From: an uncultured Erythrobacter sp.
GTDB lineage: Bacteria > Pseudomonadota > Alphaproteobacteria > Sphingomonadales > Sphingomonadaceae
NCBI RefSeq assembly: GCF_947502395.1
Contig: NZ_CANMZM010000003.1
Span: forward strand, 584,709-648,708
Length of the DNA: 64,000 bases
Direction of reading: 5' to 3'
The notes under the pieces are model-generated. The model searched no databases and was not told the DNA's origin. It saw only the letters and a program-made list of their open reading frames with translations. The position numbers were made by a program, and so were the translations under genes. Within the stretch, counting starts at the first letter, position 1, and every line of letters starts with the position of its first letter. Below are positions 10,384 through 19,949 of this stretch, one piece after another.

Positions 10384-11057
10384 TGGAACGCGAGAACCAT
10401 GAACCTGATGAGATCGAACGCGGGCTGGAGGCGACATTGTTTGCCGCTGAAGAACCGCTGACGGTCGATCAACTCTCGGCTCACCTTGGCGATTGTGACA
10501 AGGGCGTTATTCGCGATGCGCTTCGGGCTCTTGCCCATCATTACGAGAATCGCGGCGTACACCTCGTTGAACGCGGAAAGCGTTGGCATTTCGAAACCGC
10601 AGTTGACATGGCGCATCTGCTTAGACGCGAGAAGGAACAGGTCCGCCGCCTTAGCCGTGCGGCGACCGAAGTGCTCGCGATCATCGCCTATCACGAGCCG
10701 GTCAGTCGTGCGGAGATCGAATCGATTCGCGGTGTGCAAACCAGTTCCGGGACGCTCGACGTTTTGATGGAGGCTGGCTGGATCAAACTGGCGGGTCGAC
10801 GCGAGGTGCCAGGACGACCGGTGATTTACGCCACAACCCCTGATTTTCTTGACCATTTCGGATTGTCCTCGCGCCGCGATCTTCCCGGAATTGACGAATT
10901 GCGTGCTTCGGGTCTGCTTGATCCCGTTGACGAGGCTTTCGAAGAGGCAATGTCGGCAGATTCCGCTGAGGAAGAGGCTGTGAACGCTGATGAGGCGCAT
11001 GAGGAATCCGAGTGCGCGCCCGCATCCGACATCCCTGCAACCTGCGAGCCGAATTGA
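10383..11057 (+). CDS. scpB: Segregation and condensation protein B
   Basis: EATLFAAEEPL, LSRAATEVLAIIAYHEPVSRAEIESIRGV, GRPVIYATT. Confidence 0.96.
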   Translation: MERENHEPDEIERGLEATLFAAEEPLTVDQLSAHLGDCDKGVIRDALRALAHHYENRGVHLVERGKRWHFETAVDMAHLLRREKEQVRRLSRAATEVLAIIAYHEPVSRAEIESIRGVQTSSGTLDVLMEAGWIKLAGRREVPGRPVIYATTPDFLDHFGLSSRRDLPGIDELRASGLLDPVDEAFEEAMSADSAEEEAVNADEAHEESECAPASDIPATCEPN

Positions 11058-11173
11058 GCTTCCAAGACAATTCCGATGAGAATTAAGGCTCTCACTGGCG
11101 TGAACGCGCGAGAATGCCTATGTTGTCATAGCAACACCCCTTCTTCGCAAAGGGCAATCAAGAGAGAATTCGC

Positions 11174-11404
11174 ATGCAACCCGGTATTTGGCAGATCCTC
11201 ATCGTCGCAATTGTCGTCCTGATTTTGTTCGGGCGCGGTCGCATTTCTGAGATGATGGGGGACTTTGGAAAGGGCATTTCCAGCTTCAAAAAGGGTATGA
11301 CCGAGGAGCCGGCATCCAAGGATGCGGCCAAAGCTCAGATCGAAGCGCCTGCCAAAGACGCAAGCGAGGAAACCACCAGCGAGAAGAGCGAAACCTCCAG
11401 CTGA
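11174..11404 (+). CDS. tatA: Twin-arginine translocase TatA
   Basis: [38 protein letters not shown]. Confidence 0.96.
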   Translation: MQPGIWQILIVAIVVLILFGRGRISEMMGDFGKGISSFKKGMTEEPASKDAAKAQIEAPAKDASEETTSEKSETSS

Positions 11405-11461
11405 TGCCCGCAATAGGCACGAGCCGCTTTTTCGCTCGCGCCTCTACAGGTCCTTTAGGCA

Positions 11462-11869
11462 ATGTTTGACATCGGCGCAGCAGAGCTTCTGGTCATCATC
11501 ATAATTGCGGTCCTCGTGATCGGGCCAAAGGATATGCCTTTGGCGATGCGCCATGCTGGGCGCTGGATCGGCAAGGTGCGCCGGGTTTCCTCACATTTCC
11601 GCACCGGGATCGATGCCATGGTGCGCGAAGCCGAGCTGGAGGACATGGAAAAGAAGTGGAAAGCGCAGAATGAGGAGATCATGAAGCGCTCCGCGACCGA
11701 GGTAGAGTCCTCGAAGGACGAGCCGTTGATGACTGGTCCGCCACCTGCCGCTGACGCGGAAAGCGCTGTCAGCGAGCCGCTTAAGAGCGTTGAACCGCCT
11801 CCCGCACCACAAAAACCGTCCCCAGTAGCCCCAACGCCGCCGGAAGCTCCGGCAGAAACCAAAGAGTAG
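11462..11869 (+). CDS. tatB: Twin-arginine translocase TatB
   Basis: MFDIGAAELLVIIIIAVLVIGPKDMP; Pro-rich tail. Confidence 0.96.
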   Translation: MFDIGAAELLVIIIIAVLVIGPKDMPLAMRHAGRWIGKVRRVSSHFRTGIDAMVREAELEDMEKKWKAQNEEIMKRSATEVESSKDEPLMTGPPPAADAESAVSEPLKSVEPPPAPQKPSPVAPTPPEAPAETKE

Positions 11870-11878
11870 GCGGTGCGA

Positions 11879-12709
11879 ATGGCTTTCGAAATCAAGGATA
11901 TCGATGAAACCCGCGCTCCACTGCTCGATCATCTAATCGAACTGCGCAGCCGATTGATGCGCGCGATATTCGCGTTGCTGATTGGTTTCGGCGTGTGCTT
12001 CTATTTCGCCGATCCGATCCTTGGTTTTCTGGTCCAACCCTTGAAGGATTCCTTTCCAGACGGCGAGGGGCAGTTGATCTTTACAAAGCTGCCTGAAATC
12101 TTCTTCGTAGAGCTCAAAATCGGACTATTCGCAGGCTTTATGGTGAGCTTCCCGATCATCGCTAATCAGCTATGGACCTTTATTGCACCGGGCCTCTATG
12201 CGCAGGAAAAGAAGGCTTTTCTGCCGTTTCTCATCGCGACACCAGTGCTGTTTATCGGCGGGGCGGCGCTCGCATACTATGTGGTGATGCCGCTCGCTTT
12301 CCTGTTTTTCCTTGGGTTTGGGGGAGAGGCTGGGGGGCTTCAGGTTCAGGCGCTTCCAGCAGCGGGTGAGTACCTCAGCCTGGTGATGCAGTTCATCCTT
12401 GCCTTCGGACTGACATTCTTGCTGCCTGTGCTGCTGATGCTGCTCCACCGTGCAGGCATTGTCACACGTGAGCAATTGGTGGCTGCTCGGCGCTACGTCA
12501 TTGTTGGCATTGTTGCTCTGGCAGCAATTGTCACCCCGCCTGATCCGGGCACGCAGGTCATACTTGCTGTGCCCTTATTGCTTCTCTTCGAAGGCTCGCT
12601 TTTGCTCATGCGCCTGCAAGAAAAGACCATGCGCAAGAACAAGGCCAAAGAAGAATCAGAGGCTGAGGAAACGGCAGAACGAGCTGTCGGCGATCAACCC
12701 GCCGAATAG
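11879..12709 (+). CDS. tatC: Twin-arginine translocase TatC
   Basis: PLLDHLIELRSRL, FIAPGLY..EK, AIVTPPDP; six hydrophobic segments. Confidence 0.97.
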   Translation: MAFEIKDIDETRAPLLDHLIELRSRLMRAIFALLIGFGVCFYFADPILGFLVQPLKDSFPDGEGQLIFTKLPEIFFVELKIGLFAGFMVSFPIIANQLWTFIAPGLYAQEKKAFLPFLIATPVLFIGGAALAYYVVMPLAFLFFLGFGGEAGGLQVQALPAAGEYLSLVMQFILAFGLTFLLPVLLMLLHRAGIVTREQLVAARRYVIVGIVALAAIVTPPDPGTQVILAVPLLLLFEGSLLLMRLQEKTMRKNKAKEESEAEETAERAVGDQPAE

Positions 12710-12716
12710 CGTCGGC

Positions 12717-14372
12717 CTACTGCGCGAAGACGCGCTCCCCAGCCAGATAGACCTCACGCACCTGAGTTTCCCGGATCTGCGTTGGCGAAGCAAGCATTGG
12801 GTCGCGGTCAACCAGGAGGAAATCGGCGCGTTCACCTGGTACCAATCGCCCGAACTTTCCTTCCGCGAAACCTGCGTAGGCCGCGTCAGAGGTGAACGCT
12901 GCGAATGCTTGTTCGCGGCTCACCGCCTCATGCGCACGCCAGCCGCCGAATGGTCGCCCGTTTTCATCGGTTCGACTGATAGCAACGGCGATTCCTGCAA
13001 AGACGTCTGCAGGCTCGACCGGAGCATCTGAGCCAAAGGCAATCCGGCCGCCCACATCAATGATGCTGCGCCATGCGTAAGCACCTCCAAGACGATCTTC
13101 TCCCAGCCGGGCCTCAGCCATGAACATGTCGCTTGTCTGATGAAGCGGTTGCATCGAGGCGATTGTGCCGTGTTCGCCAAAGCGCGGCAGGTCCGCTGGA
13201 TCGACGATCTGAGCGTGTTCAATCCGCCAACGGCGGTCACCTGTGTAGCTTTCTGAAAGCTCTGCGATTGCCATCAGCACATCGGCGTTGGCCGCATCGC
13301 CAATCGCATGGATGGCGGTCTGAAAATTGTCGAGCGCTGCCCGACTCATCCGGTTGCGCAATTGGGCAGGCGAAGTGATCGCGATGCCGCGTGTCTTGGG
13401 CTCATCGTGATAGGGTTCTTTCAATGTCGCCCCGCGCGATCCAAGTGCGCCGTCCACATAGAGCTTCAGCCCGTTGAGCCGCAATTTGTCTTCGTAAAGC
13501 CATGGGGTAGGGCCGGGGCCACCGATAAGCTCCATTGCTTCGGGGCTATCGGCATAAGACATGATCCGGATGCGCAGATCTCCTTGGTCAGCAGCTCTGC
13601 GGAACGTCATCCAATCGACCACCGGCGTACCCATATCCGCAACAGCTGTGATGCCATTTGCGAGGAGCTTTTGCTGCGCCATTGCAAAGGCCGCATCGCG
13701 GTCCTCAGGGCGTGGGGGAGGGACGCTGTCTCCCACGAGCGGAATGGCATTGTCGACAAAAACGCCCGTAGGATTACCGCTCGCATCGCGGATGATCCGG
13801 CCACCATCCGGACTTTGTGTTTCAGGAGTGATCCCGGCGCGTTCCATGGCAAGGCTGTTCGCCCAATTCGCATGATTGTCGGCTCGCTCGAGCCAGACCG
13901 GGCGATCTGAGACCACAGCGTCAAGCTCCGCAGCGGTGGGGAACCGGCCAAGCCCCCATTTTTCCTGATTCCACCCGCGGCCGAGAATCCACGGGCGACC
14001 GGGATTTTCCTCAGCAAACGCCGCAACTTTGGCAAGCGCCTCTTCGAGGCTCGTGGTATCGGAAAGATCAAGCGTGAGAGCAGCAAAGCCAATATCCATA
14101 ACGTGGACATGCGCATCAATCATTCCGGGCAGCATGATTTGCCCCTTACCGTCCATTGCAAAGTCTATGCCTTCAGGGCGCTCTTCGCCCCGTGTCAGGA
14201 CGTGGGTGATGAAGCCCTCATCATCGAAAACCAGTTCGTTGAAGCGCTTGACCTCTCCTTGCTCATTGATGGTGATGCCGTCGACATTATAGACCACCGT
14301 GTCGGCGAGGGCGGGTGTGGCCAAAAGTGCGGTGCTTGCGGCAAGGATAGAACGGATCATGCGAGTTCTCAT
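12717..14372 (-). CDS. Exported amidohydrolase-3 (YtcJ-like) metal-dependent hydrolase
   Basis: Signal peptide; PGMIDAHVH, KLYVDGALGSRGA, HAIGD, IEHAQ, FGSDAPVE. Confidence 0.9.
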   Translation of the reverse strand: MRTRMIRSILAASTALLATPALADTVVYNVDGITINEQGEVKRFNELVFDDEGFITHVLTRGEERPEGIDFAMDGKGQIMLPGMIDAHVHVMDIGFAALTLDLSDTTSLEEALAKVAAFAEENPGRPWILGRGWNQEKWGLGRFPTAAELDAVVSDRPVWLERADNHANWANSLAMERAGITPETQSPDGGRIIRDASGNPTGVFVDNAIPLVGDSVPPPRPEDRDAAFAMAQQKLLANGITAVADMGTPVVDWMTFRRAADQGDLRIRIMSYADSPEAMELIGGPGPTPWLYEDKLRLNGLKLYVDGALGSRGATLKEPYHDEPKTRGIAITSPAQLRNRMSRAALDNFQTAIHAIGDAANADVLMAIAELSESYTGDRRWRIEHAQIVDPADLPRFGEHGTIASMQPLHQTSDMFMAEARLGEDRLGGAYAWRSIIDVGGRIAFGSDAPVEPADVFAGIAVAISRTDENGRPFGGWRAHEAVSREQAFAAFTSDAAYAGFAEGKFGRLVPGERADFLLVDRDPMLASPTQIRETQVREVYLAGERVFAQ

Positions 14373-15274
14373 TTTGTGGTCTTTGCTTTGGGTAGTCGAG
14401 TAATCAGTGCGCTAGTGTCTTGGCGACCGCCTCCAGCGGACTGAACCTCTGCATAGAATTGATCGACGAGTGCCGAAATCGGTGACGAGAGGCCCAAACG
14501 CTTCGCTTCATCGAGCGCGTAGCCCAGATCCTTCCGCATCCAATCAATGGCAAATCCGAAGTCAAACTCATCCTTGGTCATCGTCGCCCAGCGATTGTCC
14601 ATTTGCCAGCTTTGCGCTGCGCCTCTCGAGATCGCCTCATAGGTTTTCTCCAGATCAAGCCCCGCACCTTGCGCCAGCCGGATGGCCTCGGAAAGTCCAC
14701 CTAGAACACCGGCGATGCACATTTGATTGGCCATTTTGGCCGTTTGCCCTGCACCCACCGGACCAACGTGAACGATTGCTTTGGCGTAGGGTTCCATTGC
14801 TGGGCGCGCGCGCTCTATCGCTTCATCGCTGCCACCGCACATGATTGCGAGTTGCCCGTTCTCTGCCCCCGCTTGCCCACCGCTGACCGGTGCGTCGACA
14901 AAGCCGATTGCGTTGGTCGCGCATATTCCACCAAGATGCCGTGCCATGTCTGCGGAAGTGGTGGTGTGGTCTATCAAGAGCGAGCCTTTGCTCATGCCCT
15001 CCAGAACGCCTTCGGCTCCGGTAGTCACACTGGCCAAGTCTTCGTCATTGCCAACACAAGTGCACACAACGTCAGCGCTATTCGCTGCTTCTGCCGGAGT
15101 CGCCGCAAAGTTGGCGGAAACTCCCTCTTCTTCCCAGCTTTTGCGCCAGGCTTCGGCTCGCTTAGGCGATCGGTTGTAGGCGGTAACTTCAAATCCGCCA
15201 CGCGCCAGATGATCCGCCATCGGCCCGCCCATAACACCAAGGCCGATGAAAGCTATTTTCGTGGCTGTACTCAT
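14369..15274 (-). CDS. NAD(P)-dependent 3-hydroxyacid dehydrogenase (3-hydroxyisobutyrate/tartronate semialdehyde family)
   Basis: IGLGVMGGPMA, DAPVSGGQAGA, GQTAKMANQ, FAIDWMRKDL. Confidence 0.92.
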   Translation of the reverse strand: MSTATKIAFIGLGVMGGPMADHLARGGFEVTAYNRSPKRAEAWRKSWEEEGVSANFAATPAEAANSADVVCTCVGNDEDLASVTTGAEGVLEGMSKGSLLIDHTTTSADMARHLGGICATNAIGFVDAPVSGGQAGAENGQLAIMCGGSDEAIERARPAMEPYAKAIVHVGPVGAGQTAKMANQMCIAGVLGGLSEAIRLAQGAGLDLEKTYEAISRGAAQSWQMDNRWATMTKDEFDFGFAIDWMRKDLGYALDEAKRLGLSSPISALVDQFYAEVQSAGGGRQDTSALITRLPKAKTTK

Positions 15275-15363
15275 AGGCACGCTGCCTAATAGGTTTGGTA
15301 CACATTTGCCAAGTCAATCGCGGTTGCTCTCCGGATTATGAAGGCTTAGTGCTCACCACCGTT

Positions 15364-16617
15364 ATGAATGCACCAAACGCAAGTCTCACCGCGGGCCCTA
15401 CGCCAGCTGATCTGACCATCGATGATGTCCGTGCAGCGGCTGCTCGAATTGAAGGCTCCGTTGTCAAGACGCCGATGATGCATTCGATTACCTTGTCGGA
15501 AATTACCGGTGCAGAGATCTGGCTGAAGTTCGAGAACTTGCAGTTTACCGCAGCCTATAAAGAGCGCGGCGCGCTCAACGCGCTGCTCAAGCTCAGCGAT
15601 GAGCAGCGAAAGCGCGGGGTCATCGCGGCCTCCGCTGGAAACCATAGTCAGGGCCTTTCTTACCACGGCACGCGCCTCGGCGTTCCGGTGACCATTGTTA
15701 TGCCCAAGACCACGCCCACCGTGAAGGTGATGCAGACAGAGAGTGTGGGCGGCACTGTCGTTCTCGAAGGTGAGACTTATGATGATGCCTACGCCCATGC
15801 CTGTGAGCTCAAAGAAGAGCGTGGGCTGACCTTTGTTCACCCGTTTGATGATCCCGATGTGGCAGCGGGTGCCGGAACGGTCGCCCTCGAGATGTTGGAG
15901 GCCAAACCCGATCTCGATTGCCTCGTAACCCCAATTGGTGGGGGCGGACTTATCTCTGGCATGTCGACCGTTGCGCACGCACTTTCGCCCGAGATTGAAA
16001 TTGTTGGCGTGCAAGCCGGGCTGTTCCCGAGCATGTTTGCCAAACTCAAAGGCATCGACCGGGCTTGCGGTGGCGACACATTGGCAGAAGGGATTGCGGT
16101 CAAGCAGCCTGGTCACTTCACATCGCAGGTGATCGCCGAGCGGGTCGATGATATTCTGCTGGTCGATGAGCCCGAACTTGAAAAAGCGGTATCGCTGCTC
16201 CTCCAAATCGAAAAGACGGTTGTTGAGGGTGCAGGCGCAGCTGGATTAGCTGCCGTGATAGACAACCCCGAGCGGTTCGCCGGTAAGAAAGTGGGGCTGG
16301 TGCTATGTGGCGGCAATATCGACACGCGTTTGCTTGCAAACGTACTTTTGCGCGACCTTGCCCGGCAAGGACGGCTGGCGCGATTGCGCGTCACATTGCA
16401 GGATCGTCCCGGTGCCTTGTTCAAGGTGATGCGCTTGTTTGATGAGCACCATGTCAACATCATCGAGATCTATCACCAGCGCATCTTCACCACACTGCCA
16501 GCCAAAGGCCTCATTACCGATATCGAATGCGAGGCCCGGGATGCCGAGCAGGTTGAGCGGTTGGTCACAGCGCTGCGCGATGCGCGGTATCACGTAGATG
16601 TGGTCGAATTGAACTGA
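15364..16617 (+). CDS. ilvA: Threonine ammonia-lyase with C-terminal ACT domain
   Basis: KFENLQFTAAYKERG (PLP Lys), SAGNH, PIGGGGL, EGAGA, CGGNID, ACT domain DRPGAL. Confidence 0.92.
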   Translation: MNAPNASLTAGPTPADLTIDDVRAAAARIEGSVVKTPMMHSITLSEITGAEIWLKFENLQFTAAYKERGALNALLKLSDEQRKRGVIAASAGNHSQGLSYHGTRLGVPVTIVMPKTTPTVKVMQTESVGGTVVLEGETYDDAYAHACELKEERGLTFVHPFDDPDVAAGAGTVALEMLEAKPDLDCLVTPIGGGGLISGMSTVAHALSPEIEIVGVQAGLFPSMFAKLKGIDRACGGDTLAEGIAVKQPGHFTSQVIAERVDDILLVDEPELEKAVSLLLQIEKTVVEGAGAAGLAAVIDNPERFAGKKVGLVLCGGNIDTRLLANVLLRDLARQGRLARLRVTLQDRPGALFKVMRLFDEHHVNIIEIYHQRIFTTLPAKGLITDIECEARDAEQVERLVTALRDARYHVDVVELN

Positions 16618-16782
16618 GTCGTGCCCATTGAGCGGTGCGGGACGACGCATCTAGGTTAGCCGCGGCACTTATTGTGCCACAAAGCGACGCGGCAAACGCA
16701 AATTGTGAATCATTGCTCCGAAGTGGTGCCTTTCTGCGTTCAGTGATGTGCAAAGTAAGACAATATTCACCCTGTTTCTTGG

Positions 16783-16831
16783 TTAAAGGTCTTTTACCCG
16801 CCCTCGCAAAAAGGCATAAGATTGTCTTAAC
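16783..16831. promoter_or_regulatory. Two CtrA-like boxes upstream of ate-tamA-tamB
   Basis: TTAA-AGGTCTT-TTAC (16783-16797) and ATAA-GATTGTC-TTAAC (16816-16831), each one mismatch from TTAA-N7-TTAA. Confidence 0.55.
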
Positions 16832-16879
16832 GCGGCAATTGCCGATTCCACCTTTCGCCTAGAGGACAACGCCAAACCC

Positions 16880-17725
16880 GTGACGGCCCCGATCCGCTTC
16901 CCTCGTTTCTTCGTGACCAGTCCTGCGCCATGCCCTTACCTTCCGGGCAAGAGCGAGCGAAAGGTGTTCACTGAACTCAAAGGGGCACATGCGGATCAGC
17001 TAAACGAGGCGCTTGGTCGCATCGGCTTCCGCCGTAGCCAAACCGTAGCCTATCGCCCCAGCTGCCTTGATTGCCAGGCCTGCGTCTCTGTTCGCGTGGT
17101 GGCCGATGGGTTCAAACCTTCAAGCACTCAGAAGCGCGAAATTAAACGCAACCGCGATCTTATCGTGACCGAATGCCGTCCTTGGGCGACCGATGAACAG
17201 TTTGAGCTTCTCACCAAATATCTCAGCGTACGCCATCCAGATGGTGGCATGTCGACGATGGATGAGATGGATTATGCCGACATGGTCGAGCATACGCCCG
17301 TCACCAGTTCGTTGGTCGAATATCGTGAGCCCTTGGAGAATGGGGAACCCGGCCGATTGGTGGGAGCATGCCTGACGGATCGTCAGGGCGATGGCCTGTC
17401 GATGATCTATTCCTTCTATGATCCCGATCATGAAAGGCGCGCTGGCCTCGGAAATTTCATCATTCTCGATCATATTCAACGCGCGGCGCAAAGCGGTCTC
17501 CCCTATGTCTATCTCGGCTATTGGGTCGATGGTTCGCCGCGGATGCAGTACAAGGTCCGTTATCGTCCGCTTGAACAGCTTACCCGTGATGGATGGCGCC
17601 GGATGAGCGAAGAGCAGCAAAGCCAGTTGATTGCCGCAGCCACGGCCCCTCGCAACGAAAAAGATGGTGCGATTAAGGGCGCTCGGGGTAAAGACGGACA
17701 GCCTATCAAGTTCGCTGCGAGCTAA
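16880..17725 (+). CDS. ate: ATE1-like aminoacyl-tRNA--protein transferase (Ate/Bpt, N-degron pathway)
   Basis: [52 protein letters not shown]. Confidence 0.93.
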   Translation: MTAPIRFPRFFVTSPAPCPYLPGKSERKVFTELKGAHADQLNEALGRIGFRRSQTVAYRPSCLDCQACVSVRVVADGFKPSSTQKREIKRNRDLIVTECRPWATDEQFELLTKYLSVRHPDGGMSTMDEMDYADMVEHTPVTSSLVEYREPLENGEPGRLVGACLTDRQGDGLSMIYSFYDPDHERRAGLGNFIILDHIQRAAQSGLPYVYLGYWVDGSPRMQYKVRYRPLEQLTRDGWRRMSEEQQSQLIAAATAPRNEKDGAIKGARGKDGQPIKFAAS

Positions 17726-17741
17726 ACTGCATTTGTTAAAC

Positions 17742-19949
17742 TTGGGTGCGAGACTGGCCGTTGCGGCCGGAATGCTTACCACTGGCTCTCTGGCTGCCGG
17801 ACAAGAAAGTGTGCCTGAAACAACGCCGCCGCCCGCGCAGACAGAGGACATCGAGACGCAGAGGCTCGATGATCTCATCCCTCAAAGCGCTGCTGAGAAT
17901 CCGGATGACTGGGCCGCAGGTCGCAGTGATGATGGACCTGAAGAAGACCTCGCAGAGCCCGAGTCGATTAAGGTCGAGCTCGATGCGTCCTATGAGTTGG
18001 GAAATCCATTCGACATTGAGGGTGCGCTCAATGAACTGGGTATTGCCGAGCCCGAAAAGCTTACCGCTGACCCTGATCTCCCTTCGTTCGCCGATATTGA
18101 TTCCCCCACATTGGTCGATCTGCCGGACTTGGCCGAGTTTGATTTAAGCGATCAGCTTGTTTTGGCCTTTCCAGCCGAAGCTGGTCGCTTTCCCGAGGAG
18201 GCTGAGTTCATTGCTCGGTTCCGGGCTTTATCAGCGATTGAGGCCTTGGGCAGTGAGGAGGATACCGTCCCACAACTCGCCGCGCGAGCGCGGACAGATG
18301 CCGATCTTCTAAATGCGATGCTGCGTAATTATGGCTATTACAATGGCGAAGTCATTCGGCAATTGTCAGGGGGAAGGCGGGGATTTTCGGACGAGGCTGA
18401 AAGCAATGGAGAACCAGCCGTCGACCGCGATCCAAAGGTGCGTTTCGATGTTTTACCAGGCCCGCGATACACTTTTGGAGCGGTCGATCTGGGAATCCTT
18501 GATGCGCTTCCGGAATCGGAACGCGCACCTCTTCTGGAAGCGTTTGGAATCAGCTCCGGAGACCCGATCTACGCTGATAGAATTGTCTCAGGCGGGTCGC
18601 GGCTCCGGTTTGCGCTTGGGCAAAACGGGTATCCTTTCGGCGAAGTCGGTGCACCTGATCTGCTGATCGACCATTCGCGCGAAGAAGGGGATCTTACGTT
18701 ACCCGTTGACCCAGGCGGGAGATTTGTCTTTGGCGACGTAACAAGCGACGATCCGGAGTTTTTGTCAGGGCGTCATCTGGGACGTATCGCCCGCTTCGAT
18801 GCGGGTGATCTTTATCAAACGGGCATGCAGGCGGATTTGCGCCGAGCGATCCTTGCAACGGGGCTTGTCTCCTCCGTGGCGATCACTCCGCGAGCGGTCA
18901 CGCCTCCAGAAGGTGAGGAACCGGGCGAGGTTGCATTGGATGTTGAGATCGAGCGTGCGCCCTTACGAACCATATCGGGTGCAATCGGTTTCGGAACGCA
19001 GGACGGTTTCAAACTCGAGGGCGCCTGGGAGCACCGCAATCTGTTCCCACCTGAAGGTGCGTTGAGATTGCGGGGGATCATCGGCACGCGCGAACAGCTG
19101 GCAAGCGTCACCTTCCGGCGCAGCAATTTTCGCGCTCGGGATCAAATCCTAACCTTCGATGCTTTTGCCAGCGCCATTGAAACGGAAGCGGTAGACGCGC
19201 GCACGGTTGCCCTTAGAGGTTCGTTCGAACGTGTTTCCAATCTGCTTTTTCAGAAGCCCCTAAGCTGGCAGTTGGGTGCCGAAGTACTCTACACTGACGA
19301 GCGCAACCGTGTGACCGATGGTGTCGAGCTTCCCCGTCAGGAGTTCCTGATTGGCGGACTGTTTGGCCGGGCTACTTTAGATGGCAGTGACGACCTGCTT
19401 GATCCAAGAAGCGGATACCGTCTTACCCTTTTTGCCGAGCCAGAGGTCTCACGCACACTTGGAGAAGTCTCAACTTACCTGCGTGCAAGGGCCGATGCGA
19501 GCTATTACCAGCCGCTGGGTAACATTGTATTTGCGGCACGCTTTGCCGTGGCAACCGTGGTGGGAGCCGATCTCGATGATATTGCGCCATCGCGCAGGCT
19601 GTATTCCGGTGGCGGGGGGTCGGTGCGCGGTTTTGCCTTTCAAGCCATTGGCCCGCGCAATGAATTCGATGAGCCAGAAGGAGGAAGGTCGTTACTCGAA
19701 GCGGCAGTCGAGGCACGCATTCCAACGGGCTTGTTTGATGGTGCGATCGAAGTGGTTCCCTTTTTCGATCTTGGTTCGATCTCGAGCGAAGCCCGTCCCG
19801 ACTTTGATGTGGTGCGTGTGGGAGCCGGTGTCGGTGCACGCTACAAAACCAGTTTTGGCCCCATTCGTGTGGACGTAGGCGTGCCGGTTAACCCTACTGA
19901 GTTTGATGCACCCGTGGTTGTTTATGTCAGCCTTGGGCAGGCGTTCTGA
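17742..19949 (+). CDS. tamA: Translocation and assembly module outer-membrane protein TamA (Omp85 family)
   Basis: POTRA-like repeats, barrel motifs YSGGGGSVRGF and FGPIRVDVG, terminal VYVSLGQAF; directly upstream of tamB; TTG start at 17742 chosen because it gives a signal peptide. Confidence 0.92.
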   Translation: MGARLAVAAGMLTTGSLAAGQESVPETTPPPAQTEDIETQRLDDLIPQSAAENPDDWAAGRSDDGPEEDLAEPESIKVELDASYELGNPFDIEGALNELGIAEPEKLTADPDLPSFADIDSPTLVDLPDLAEFDLSDQLVLAFPAEAGRFPEEAEFIARFRALSAIEALGSEEDTVPQLAARARTDADLLNAMLRNYGYYNGEVIRQLSGGRRGFSDEAESNGEPAVDRDPKVRFDVLPGPRYTFGAVDLGILDALPESERAPLLEAFGISSGDPIYADRIVSGGSRLRFALGQNGYPFGEVGAPDLLIDHSREEGDLTLPVDPGGRFVFGDVTSDDPEFLSGRHLGRIARFDAGDLYQTGMQADLRRAILATGLVSSVAITPRAVTPPEGEEPGEVALDVEIERAPLRTISGAIGFGTQDGFKLEGAWEHRNLFPPEGALRLRGIIGTREQLASVTFRRSNFRARDQILTFDAFASAIETEAVDARTVALRGSFERVSNLLFQKPLSWQLGAEVLYTDERNRVTDGVELPRQEFLIGGLFGRATLDGSDDLLDPRSGYRLTLFAEPEVSRTLGEVSTYLRARADASYYQPLGNIVFAARFAVATVVGADLDDIAPSRRLYSGGGGSVRGFAFQAIGPRNEFDEPEGGRSLLEAAVEARIPTGLFDGAIEVVPFFDLGSISSEARPDFDVVRVGAGVGARYKTSFGPIRVDVGVPVNPTEFDAPVVVYVSLGQAF

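Noticed and set aside
10125-11000. 291-aa minus-strand ORF (also 15346-16206, 17120-17878, 21064-21864, 47283-48140, 55235-56083, 60588-61355)
   Set aside because: All lie antisense to well-supported genes and show no recognisable family features
11058-11173. Small hairpins upstream of tatA (TGTTG/CAACA, CCCTT/AAGGG)
   Set aside because: Stems of only 5 bp with no terminator tail or alternative pairing; within chance expectation
17631-17741. Upstream extension of the tamA ORF
   Set aside because: Overlaps the 3' end of ate; the signal peptide begins at 17742 or later
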